Source of the DNA: a virus
Virus record (IMG/VR): IMGVR_UViG_3300045809_000027
DNA length: 48,927 bases
Strand: one strand, 5' to 3'
Made by a program: the position numbers and the translations under genes. The notes under the pieces were generated by a model that saw nothing but the letters and a program-made list of their open reading frames with translations, made no database searches and was not told the origin of the DNA. Positions within the stretch are counted from its first letter, which is position 1, and every line of letters starts with the position of its first letter. Of the stretch, positions 6,795-14,055 are shown in pieces.

Positions 6795-8561
6795 ATGGCT
6801 TGGAAGAATCCACAACATTATTATATTTCAAATGCAACTTTTGAGAATTTTAGAATCATCAACAATATCAATTTTAAACCAGCGAAACATTTAAATATTT
6901 TAGCGGGAAAAAACGGGACTGCAAAATCAACGATTCTTGGTATGATTGCACAAGGCTTCTCATTTAATCCAAAAATTATTTATGACATATCAAAAACAGA
7001 GTATGAAACTATTAATTCGAAAACAAACCCCACCCCTGCTGAAATAGAAAAGATGCAACTATTCGAGAGTATTACTACTTATAATGAGAAAAATTTTGAA
7101 TCCCGTGCAGATGAACACTTCAAGCTTTCGACAGCAGATGTTAAAAGGAAAAGGCATGCCTCTATTACCATGAAAGCAAATCAGAACAATAAGCCAGACA
7201 TCAATTACTTAATTGAAAGCAATGATTATGCTGATCGTCGAAATCCTAGATTAGTTACCAGAAGAATAAACAATATAGATGAAAGTTCTACGGATACTTC
7301 ATCTTCAAATATTATATTTCCAGTGATATATCTTGGCTTAAAAAGAGTTAATCCGATTGTTCAAGAACGAGGACTAAAGGAAAAAAACTATGGATTACCT
7401 GAATCCGATATTGAAGAAATTTTTGATTTATATCAATCAATTTTATTAAAAAAATACAATTCTAATTTTATTGGAATTAGTAATAATAACGATAAGAGGA
7501 CTGCTGCCTTTATTCCTAAAGAAAGATCCATCGAAATGATTTCCTCTGGAGAGGATAACATTGGACAAATCTTACTGGCATTATATTCATTTAAAAAACT
7601 TAAAAAAAATTATGATGAATATTCTGGTGGAATTTTGTTAATTGATGAAATTGACGTCACTTTATATCCAGCAGCACAAATAAGGTTATTAAAAATACTA
7701 TATAGCAAGGCAAAAGAATTTGGTATCCAAATTTTTTGCACTACACATTCACTTGAACTAATAGAGTACGCAATGGACTTAAAATTAAGTCCAAATAATA
7801 GAAATTTAATTGAGTTGTTTAATCTAAATATCGAACATCGTGATCTAGGCATTATGCCTATCACCAACATAAATACGATAAAAAATCAGTTTTTTGTCGC
7901 AGCCGAAAAGGAAATGAGTAGTGAAAAAATTCCTGTATACTTTGAAGATAAAGAAGCAATCTATGTTTTTAAAGGGCTAGTTACTAAGAAGAAAATTCTG
8001 TCATATTTAAATATTCAAAACAGTTTTTCTCTCGGTTGCACAGAATTATTAAAATTGCACAAATTTAAAATCCCTGAATTCAACGCTAGATCAATTGTCT
8101 GTTTGGATGGAGACAATGTCGCACCAAAAAATATTAAAAATTATATAAATCTACCATCTGAAAATAAATATCCTCCAGAACGATTTGTTTTTGAAATACT
8201 TGACGATAATAATTCTGAGTACTGGGATAATACCAAAAATTATTCCCACGAAATATTTATGAATAATCCACATTACGACATTATCAAACGTATCTTGCGT
8301 GATACATACGCAAATGATGATGGCCCATATAACATTGTCCATTCTGATTATTATAAAAAGAAACCTCGTGAAGTTTGGAAAATGTGGTTTAAACACGAAC
8401 AATTAAATTGGAAAGGCCCTAACAATCCCGTTAAGTTTTGGAAAAGTAAAAACAATCTATCTCCAAGTCTCGAAAAATTCTATGAGGATTTAAAGAAATC
8501 AATCGAATATGTTGCAAATAAAAGTGGTATTGACATTAGCGATATTGAACATCTATTGTAA
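6795..8561 (+). CDS. ABC/AAA_15-21-type ATPase fused to a Toprim/DUF4435-like domain (OLD / AbiL / PARIS-like)
   Basis: Walker A GKNGTAKST (aa 38-46), SSGE signature, Walker B GGILLIDEIDV, H-loop CTTHS. The C-terminal part has VYFED(E384)KEAIYVF and CLD(438)GD(440)N, spaced 54 aa apart like a Toprim E...DxD. The Toprim assignment is inferred, not searched. Confidence 0.65.
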   Translation: MAWKNPQHYYISNATFENFRIINNINFKPAKHLNILAGKNGTAKSTILGMIAQGFSFNPKIIYDISKTEYETINSKTNPTPAEIEKMQLFESITTYNEKNFESRADEHFKLSTADVKRKRHASITMKANQNNKPDINYLIESNDYADRRNPRLVTRRINNIDESSTDTSSSNIIFPVIYLGLKRVNPIVQERGLKEKNYGLPESDIEEIFDLYQSILLKKYNSNFIGISNNNDKRTAAFIPKERSIEMISSGEDNIGQILLALYSFKKLKKNYDEYSGGILLIDEIDVTLYPAAQIRLLKILYSKAKEFGIQIFCTTHSLELIEYAMDLKLSPNNRNLIELFNLNIEHRDLGIMPITNINTIKNQFFVAAEKEMSSEKIPVYFEDKEAIYVFKGLVTKKKILSYLNIQNSFSLGCTELLKLHKFKIPEFNARSIVCLDGDNVAPKNIKNYINLPSENKYPPERFVFEILDDNNSEYWDNTKNYSHEIFMNNPHYDIIKRILRDTYANDDGPYNIVHSDYYKKKPREVWKMWFKHEQLNWKGPNNPVKFWKSKNNLSPSLEKFYEDLKKSIEYVANKSGIDISDIEHLL

Positions 8562-8616
8562 TAGATTATTGGCCAAAAGACATTTAATTTGATAATATGG
8601 AATTGAGGTGATCATA

Positions 8617-9492
8617 ATGCCACACACAAAATCCCCGCTTAGGTATCCAGGTGGGAAAACTCAGTTATGGAAGTTTGTAGATTCGACAATTAAGCAGAAC
8701 AATATAATCGCTCCAATCTATTGCGAGCCTTTTGCGGGTGGGGCCGGGGTGGCCATTGAATTACTTCTTATTAAAAAAGTTGAAGAAATTATCATAAATG
8801 ATTTTGACCCCGCTATTTATAATTTTTGGAGAGCTATTATAAATGATACAGATAAATTTATTCAGTTAATCAATACTACTGAAATTTCTATCGAAGAATG
8901 GCATAATCAAAAAGAAATATATAGTAATTGCGGCAGAGTCATAGGCTCATTAGAAGGTGCATTTGCTACCTTCTTTCTGAATCGGACAAACGTTAGCGGT
9001 ATTATTTCTGGCGGTCCCATTGGTGGACGCAATCAAAATGGAAAATACAAAATTGACTGCCGTTTTAATAAGTTAAATCTAATAAAAAAAATCAGAAATA
9101 TTGCTGAGCAAAAAGACAAAATTCATTTGTACAATGAAGATGCTGCAAATCTTGTTGAATTACTAAAAAAAGAGTATCCAAAAGATCGTCTTTTCATTTT
9201 CTTTGATCCCCCATACTACGTTCAAGGACAATCCTTGTATCTATCTTTTTATAAAAAATATCAACATCAACTTATTAGAGATAAAATATTAAGTATGGAT
9301 GATTATTATTGGATTTTAACTTATGACAAGGCTCCACAAATTTCTGAACTCTATTCTAAAGCTGATAAAGGGTTTCAATACTCTTTAAATTATTCAGCTA
9401 ATAAGAAGCGCGTGGCTAATGAATATATTTTTGCCAGTTCTGTAACACGCCTACTTTCGACTAATAAAGTTGATCTTCAACCAATTACTTAA
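8617..9492 (+). CDS. D12-class N6-adenine DNA methyltransferase (Dam family)
   Basis: PLRYPGGK near the N-terminus, FAGGAG (AdoMet-binding), and FFDPPYY (motif IV DPPY). GAGGTG lies 6 nt before the ATG at 8617. Confidence 0.85.
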   Translation: MPHTKSPLRYPGGKTQLWKFVDSTIKQNNIIAPIYCEPFAGGAGVAIELLLIKKVEEIIINDFDPAIYNFWRAIINDTDKFIQLINTTEISIEEWHNQKEIYSNCGRVIGSLEGAFATFFLNRTNVSGIISGGPIGGRNQNGKYKIDCRFNKLNLIKKIRNIAEQKDKIHLYNEDAANLVELLKKEYPKDRLFIFFDPPYYVQGQSLYLSFYKKYQHQLIRDKILSMDDYYWILTYDKAPQISELYSKADKGFQYSLNYSANKKRVANEYIFASSVTRLLSTNKVDLQPIT

Positions 9493-9497
9493 AGATT

Positions 9498-9517
9498 AGC
9501 CTTCGGGCTTTTCTTTT
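9498..9517 (+). terminator. Weak intrinsic terminator after the methyltransferase
   Basis: AGCC-TTCG-GGCT hairpin (4 bp, UUCG loop) followed by TTTCTTTT. Confidence 0.35.
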
Positions 9518-9528
9518 AACATCAAAAA

Positions 9529-9542
9529 GAACATACGTTTGT
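9529..9542. promoter_or_regulatory. LexA (Cheo) box-like motif upstream of int
   Basis: GAACATACGTTTGT fits GAAC-N4-GTTy. It abuts a possible TTTACA-16-TACAAA promoter. The near-identical 14-mer occurs at 11094-11107. Confidence 0.5.
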
Positions 9543-9582
9543 TTACATCAATACCAATCTGAATACAAAAGGAGCGTTTGTT

Positions 9583-10734
9583 ATGAATGGACATGTAAGA
9601 AAAATCGGCAACAAATGGCACTATACCATCGAAATGGCAAAAGTTGGCGGTAAACGTCAGCGTATACAAAAAGGTGGATGGAATACAAAAACTGAGGCAC
9701 AAGAACATCTAAGAGAAGCGCTGAACGAATATAAACGTGGCGGTAAAGTGGATTTAACGGATATTAGTGTTTCTGATTATTTTGATTACTGGTTTGAAAA
9801 TTATGTTGAGAAGAAACTTAAGTATAATACGCAAAAAAACTATAAAAATGTAATTGATAAATACGTGAAGCCAGAAATTGGGAAATACCTACTTCAATCA
9901 ATAGGCCCTGCGAAATTGCAGGAGCTTGTAAATAAACTACCTGAAGGATTTAATAAACAGCTCTCAAAACATTCTGTAGAGATTATCTTCACTGTCCTAA
10001 AAGGTGCATTTCGAAGAGCAGTCTTCCCTTATCAACTAATTAATAGCAATCCAATGGACTATGTCGAAATGCCGGCATTCCCTTCTAAACCAAAACAGTC
10101 AAGAGATGATATGAAAATTATAACAATGGATCAGTACCTTAAAATTTTAGATAACACCCCTATTTCGGATTCTTTTCACATTCCTCTTGTCATTGCTTTC
10201 CACACAGGGTTGCGTCGCGGCGAAGTTTGTGGGATGACCTGGGACAATGTGTCATTTGAAGATCAGACTTTAACTATCACTAAAATTATGTTACAAGACA
10301 AGAATGGGATACAAATAGGAACACCCAAAACGCAGGCTAGTTATCGAACCATCAGTATTGATGACATGCTGCTTGAAGAGTTAAAAAGCCATAAAAAAAG
10401 ACAATTAGAAAACAGAATGAGATATGGAAAGTTTTATTATGAAAGTTCATTTGTATGTACTAAAGAAAACGGACAGCCTGTCACACCAAATTCAATAAAA
10501 TGGTCAGCAAGTAAAATCAAGAAGAATTTAGGTATTAACTTTAACTTCCATTCTTTGAGACACACGCATGCAACAATGCTCTTAGAGGATGGAGTAAAAC
10601 CGAAAATTGTTCAAGAAAGACTCGGCCATTCGAGGATTTCTACTACTATGGATAAATATGTACATGTTACTAAGAAAATGAGAACTGAAGCCGTTGATAT
10701 TTTCGCCGAACGTCTTCGCCGTTCAATGAACTAA
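9583..10734 (+). CDS. int: Tyrosine site-specific integrase
   Basis: N-terminal SAM-like domain. The catalytic region has GLRRGEVCGMTW, HSLRHTHATMLL and LGHSRISTTMDKYVHV (R..HxxR..Y). Confidence 0.93.
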   Translation: MNGHVRKIGNKWHYTIEMAKVGGKRQRIQKGGWNTKTEAQEHLREALNEYKRGGKVDLTDISVSDYFDYWFENYVEKKLKYNTQKNYKNVIDKYVKPEIGKYLLQSIGPAKLQELVNKLPEGFNKQLSKHSVEIIFTVLKGAFRRAVFPYQLINSNPMDYVEMPAFPSKPKQSRDDMKIITMDQYLKILDNTPISDSFHIPLVIAFHTGLRRGEVCGMTWDNVSFEDQTLTITKIMLQDKNGIQIGTPKTQASYRTISIDDMLLEELKSHKKRQLENRMRYGKFYYESSFVCTKENGQPVTPNSIKWSASKIKKNLGINFNFHSLRHTHATMLLEDGVKPKIVQERLGHSRISTTMDKYVHVTKKMRTEAVDIFAERLRRSMN

Positions 10735-10755
10735 ATTCGCTCTTTTTCATTAAAA

Positions 10756-10800
10756 ATGTTCGCCCAAATAAAACATCGGGCGAACATTGGGCGAATTTTT
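10756..10800 (+). terminator. int terminator
   Basis: 10-bp stem ATGTTCGCCC/GGGCGAACAT (10756-10765 and 10778-10787), followed by TGGGCGAATTTTT. Confidence 0.7.
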
Positions 10801-11093
10801 ATGAAAATCACAATCATTCATAGCGGATATTTTCAAACAAACCCTTATTTCTTCTTGGGTTCATCCTCATCCATTTTCAGAACGGCCATGAATGCCTCTT
10901 ATCTTATTTCCTGATTCACAAAGGTTTAAGAGTTCCTCAAGAGGTTTAATAATACCTAGACAAATATACTTCATCAGGTAACAAATATCAAATTCAAGCT
11001 CTAACGATATTGGTGATTACTCATGCAGTTTTTAGCTTTGGGCGGCGATATGACGAACAATCAAATTTAATAAATTGTTCCCCTTCACAACCG

Positions 11094-11117
11094 GAACATA
11101 TGTTTGTATGATATAAA
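11094..11117 (+). promoter_or_regulatory. LexA-box-like motif plus extended -10 promoter of the 11141-12352 cassette
   Basis: GAACATATGTTTGT (11094-11107) lies immediately upstream of TGATATAAA (11109-11117). RBS GGGGTGA precedes the ATG at 11141. Confidence 0.5.
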
Positions 11118-11140
11118 TATCTTATTCTAGGGGTGATCGT

Positions 11141-11395
11141 ATGAAATCGTTAAATGGTATTGTAAGTAGCGTAAAAATTCTTAAGTATTCTGAACGTCCC
11201 CTCGTCTATTTTAAGCTTGATGATACTAGCTGTTTGATTGCTGGTCACTCGTTGAATTTTTTTGCAGATGTAGAGGATGGAATGCGGATCGCTGTTGCTG
11301 GCGAGTACAATAGTAGGAAACAGTTCATTGTGCGGAAATATAGTGTGATCGGAGAAACTAGAATCATGTTAGAGTTAAATCGATTGTCAGTTTAA
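11141..11395 (+). CDS. Small protein, 84 aa, unknown (possibly beta-rich/OB-like)
   Basis: ORF with RBS and its own promoter. No motif recognised. Confidence 0.55.
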   Translation: MKSLNGIVSSVKILKYSERPLVYFKLDDTSCLIAGHSLNFFADVEDGMRIAVAGEYNSRKQFIVRKYSVIGETRIMLELNRLSV

Positions 11396-11449
11396 TTCTA
11401 AATTGCTATTGTTCTGATTATTTTTATAAAGTATCATATAGAAAGAAAG

Positions 11450-12352
11450 GTGGTAAAAGTGTTGGCAAAGTACGAATTTTCTGTAAGATATGCAGGAGAA
11501 GCTTTGGTTGATGGAAGGATTCCTATCAGAGACTTGGCTCCTTCTTTGTTAGCTCTTTCTGAAGCCTTTCAAGAAATACAACAGATCACTCATCCATATC
11601 AACAACCTGTTTCACTAGATATTAAGGCTTCTGAAAAAGGATCGTTTATTGTTGATTTAATATTAGCAAATGGAAACGATTTGTTGTCGAGTGCTATTGA
11701 TTTACTAAATGGAAATGAATCAGAAGCTTTAAGAAATTTAATTGAACTGGCTACTGGTTTCACAGCAGCAGTTATTTTCATTACCAAAGTAGGTAAAAAG
11801 AAAATAAAAAGAAAAAAAGAATTGCCTGAAGGAGAAGTAAAGATTACTTTGGACGATGAAACTTCAATTACTGTTTCCAAAGATGTTTTTGAAGCATATA
11901 GAAATGTTGAATTTAGAAAAACGACTAAGGAATTTGTTCGGCCGTTAGAATCAGAAGGTATTGAAGCAATTGAATTTTCAACTGAGAAAAATGCTTCTGT
12001 GTCAATATCTAAGCAAGATGTCTCAGCTTTTGATGTTCCAGAGATTGAAGATAAAGAATTCCCTTCAACTGAAAGTACTGTATATTTGCAAATTATCAAT
12101 ATTTCATTTGCGAATGAAAAATGGAAACTGACTGATGGTAACAAACCTTTTTGGGCAAAAATTGAAGATGAAGAATTTCTCACTTCTATTGAAAATAATC
12201 AACAACAATTCGGTGCTAGTGATGCTCTAAAAGTTATACTGGAGACACAGCAAAAGTTTACTGACAATGGTTTGAAAACGGAGTATTCTGTAAAAAAAGT
12301 AATCGAACACATTAAAGGGCCCAAACAATTAAAATTGGATTTTGAAGAATAA
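11450..12352 (+). CDS. 300-aa protein, unknown; central hydrophobic segment followed by a poly-Lys stretch
   Basis: GTG start preceded by AAAGAAAGG. LIELATGFTAAVIFITKVGKKKIKRKK suggests a membrane anchor or amphipathic hinge. Followed by a strong terminator. Confidence 0.6.
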   Translation: MVKVLAKYEFSVRYAGEALVDGRIPIRDLAPSLLALSEAFQEIQQITHPYQQPVSLDIKASEKGSFIVDLILANGNDLLSSAIDLLNGNESEALRNLIELATGFTAAVIFITKVGKKKIKRKKELPEGEVKITLDDETSITVSKDVFEAYRNVEFRKTTKEFVRPLESEGIEAIEFSTEKNASVSISKQDVSAFDVPEIEDKEFPSTESTVYLQIINISFANEKWKLTDGNKPFWAKIEDEEFLTSIENNQQQFGASDALKVILETQQKFTDNGLKTEYSVKKVIEHIKGPKQLKLDFEE

Positions 12353-12366
12353 TCATTCTTTTTGCG

Positions 12367-12396
12367 TACCTTCTCTAAAAGAGGAGGTATTTTTTA
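12367..12396 (+). terminator. Intrinsic terminator of the att-proximal cassette
   Basis: TACCTTCTC-TAAAA-GAGGAGGTA (9-bp stem with one G-U), then TTTTTT. Confidence 0.85.
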
Positions 12397-12403
12397 TGTA
12401 CCC

Positions 12404-12480
12404 TGTAGGGCCTTGTAGGACTCGAACCCGCATCTTCCGATATGAACCGGAGTATTCTACCAATTGAACTAGGAATACTC
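12404..12480 (-). pseudogene. Chimeric tRNA-like fragment; candidate attP core
   Basis: The minus strand reads a D-arm (GTTC-AATTGGTA-GAAT), a CAT-containing anticodon-like loop with a defective stem, then GCGGG-TTCGAGT-CCTAC-AAGGCCC. The 5' acceptor (GTATTCC) cannot pair with the 3' acceptor (AAGGCCC), and the T-stem has a mismatch. Confidence 0.55.
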
Positions 12481-12508
12481 TTAAATAAGGATTATTATTT
12501 TTAAAACG

Positions 12509-12517
12509 TGTTATAAT
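12509..12517 (+). promoter_or_regulatory. Extended -10 promoter (TGTTATAAT)
   Basis: Perfect TGnTATAAT lying 10 nt upstream of the hairpin at 12527. Confidence 0.55.
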
Positions 12518-12523
12518 ACAGAA

Positions 12524-12588
12524 TAGAACGTCAGATCTTCCCCACAGTCCACTTCCCCAAGTAACTGTATCTGACGTTCCCTTTTTTT
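12524..12588 (+). ncRNA. Candidate ~65-nt small RNA with two C-rich (CUUCCCC) unpaired motifs
   Basis: Stem AACGTCAGAT (12527-12536) pairs with ATCTGACGTT (12569-12578). Inner stem ACAGT/ACTGT. CTTCCCC appears at 12537-12543 (bulge) and 12552-12558 (apical loop). Followed by CCC and T7 (12582-12588). Confidence 0.5.
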
Positions 12589-12733
12589 ATGGGCGAGTGA
12601 CTTCCCATTAAAATTAACTTACCCATAAAACGTTTACTTTGCAAATGATACACTCATGACAAAGTGATACACTACACAAAGAAACAACCAGCCCGCACAC
12701 GACTGGTTGCCGATCAAGATGAAACTTAGTTAT

Positions 12734-12763
12734 GAAAAAGAAGTAAGTTCTGGCAAAACTTAC
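12734..12763 (-). terminator. Endolysin terminator
   Basis: On the minus strand, GTAAGTT-TTGCCAG-AACTTAC followed by TTCTTTTTC, about 65 nt after the lysin stop. Confidence 0.65.
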
Positions 12764-12828
12764 ACATTCATAATAGCTCTTTTGTTAATATCTTGCAAGC
12801 GCATTCTCGTCTAAACTCTTTTTTAATG

Positions 12829-13836
12829 TCACTTAATATCGTGATACCAACGTGTTTCGTAGAAGTCTTGATGACCTCCACTTACATCACCTTTAGCGTC
12901 ATTTGTAGCACGTGTCATCACAATGACTGACTTACCACTAAAATGCTTAGCATTGAAATTCACATCATAACCGACATTCCCAGTCGTCCGATAAGCAGCA
13001 TTCACATCTGGTCTTGCTACTACAGGTGCTTTCTGGCGTGCCAATTCTTTGCCAGTTGTCCGATCAATAATAAATACATATTGATACTTGTAATTAGCGA
13101 TATGCCACCCACGCGCCTTCAAGGTGTTCCCGATTCTCCCCCATTGATCAACATGAGCATGGTTTCCTTTGCCATCGTTCATTACAGAATATCCTGATCC
13201 TGCGGTAGTTGGATCTACAGGTTTGCTTGGAGTCGGTGCAGGTTTGTTCTCGTTTGATTCAAAACCATACTTCACATCATGTGCAAATTGCGCTTGTGAG
13301 ACACCGTGACTTGCTAAGTAGCCATACGGGTCCGTATGATCGCCCCACCAATTCGTAGAAATGTATTGGTGACTGATGACCCCTTTGCCGCCTACTGGAC
13401 TGTCTACAGTAAGAGGAATATTAAACCGTTTCGCACTGTCACGAATTAATTCAATGTAAACTTTATAGTTCTGTTTAAAGAGCGCTGGATTGGGCGTTGC
13501 TTGCAATTCAATTTGTACTGGCGAATTCGCATTGGCATAAGAGCCGCCTCCGTATTGCACATAGCCGGGTTCACCAACTTGGTAGACAATACCGTCACCA
13601 ACAATATAGCTAGTGTAGGCATTCATCCAATTGCGCTTCATAAAGGTAGCTTCGTTACGTCCTGTTGCGCTAGGATTTGCAGTATCGTGCGCCACAATAT
13701 AATTTGGATTTGCTCTAATTGGACTGCCTTCATTCGCCCCTAAATTGAACTCGTTATTGATCGTGTAAGCAAACCCATTAATAGGCAATAAAAAAAGAGC
13801 CAGTAAAAGGCTCAGTAACGTAATTTTCTTTTTCAT
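12829..13836 (-). CDS. Endolysin: N-acetylmuramoyl-L-alanine amidase (Amidase_2/PGRP-like) with N-terminal Sec signal peptide and C-terminal wall-binding domain
   Basis: AGGAGG RBS before the ATG at 13836. MKKKITLLSLLLALFLLPINGFA is a signal peptide. NYIVAHDTANPSATGRNEATFM and VQIELQ are amidase_2-like motifs. Confidence 0.8.
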   Translation of the reverse strand: MKKKITLLSLLLALFLLPINGFAYTINNEFNLGANEGSPIRANPNYIVAHDTANPSATGRNEATFMKRNWMNAYTSYIVGDGIVYQVGEPGYVQYGGGSYANANSPVQIELQATPNPALFKQNYKVYIELIRDSAKRFNIPLTVDSPVGGKGVISHQYISTNWWGDHTDPYGYLASHGVSQAQFAHDVKYGFESNENKPAPTPSKPVDPTTAGSGYSVMNDGKGNHAHVDQWGRIGNTLKARGWHIANYKYQYVFIIDRTTGKELARQKAPVVARPDVNAAYRTTGNVGYDVNFNAKHFSGKSVIVMTRATNDAKGDVSGGHQDFYETRWYHDIK

Positions 13837-13846
13837 GTGATTCCTC

Positions 13847-14044
13847 CTATTTTTTCGAATTGTATGCTGAGACACCTGTAACTACTCCTAAAAAAGTAGC
13901 TACAGCATTAATTGTTAGCACAGTCATATCCGCGCCACCCCAACCGTATGCCTTTCCAAGTGTGCCAACTAAAACAGATGCAGCTGGCAACACTGTGAGA
14001 ACCGCCCATTTAATAATTTGGTAATACTTGTCCGGTAAAATCAT
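13847..14044 (-). CDS. Holin (phage_holin_1-like, two TM segments)
   Basis: MILPDKYYQIIKWAVLTVLPAASVLVGTLGKAYGWGGADMTVLTINAVATFLGVVTGVSAYNSKK. Internal Met of track ORF 13847..14122. Lies directly upstream of the lysin. Confidence 0.75.
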   Translation of the reverse strand: MILPDKYYQIIKWAVLTVLPAASVLVGTLGKAYGWGGADMTVLTINAVATFLGVVTGVSAYNSKK

Positions 14045-14055
14045 TTCAAACCCCC

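Noticed and set aside
9496-9708. 70-aa minus-strand ORF overlapping the int start
   Set aside because: It runs antisense across the int promoter and 5' end, with no RBS and an implausible hydrophobic translation.
10800-10950. Small plus-strand ORF (MKITIIHSGYF...) and a possible remnant of a host gene 3' end downstream of int
   Set aside because: It has no RBS. Minus-strand reading frames are interrupted by stops within a few codons. I could not tie the segment to any gene family by eye. It remains an alternative attP location only.
11599-12183. 194-aa minus-strand ORF
   Set aside because: It is entirely antisense to the better-supported 300-aa gene. It has Ser/Phe-rich low-complexity translation and no RBS, which is typical of a shadow ORF in AT-rich coding DNA.
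12404-12480. A functional tRNA-Met/Ile(CAT) gene on the minus strand
   Set aside because: The acceptor halves are not complementary (GTATTCC versus AAGGCCC). The anticodon stem pairs only with a 6-nt loop, and the T-stem has a C-A mismatch. It is interpreted as a pseudo-tRNA or att-site chimera.
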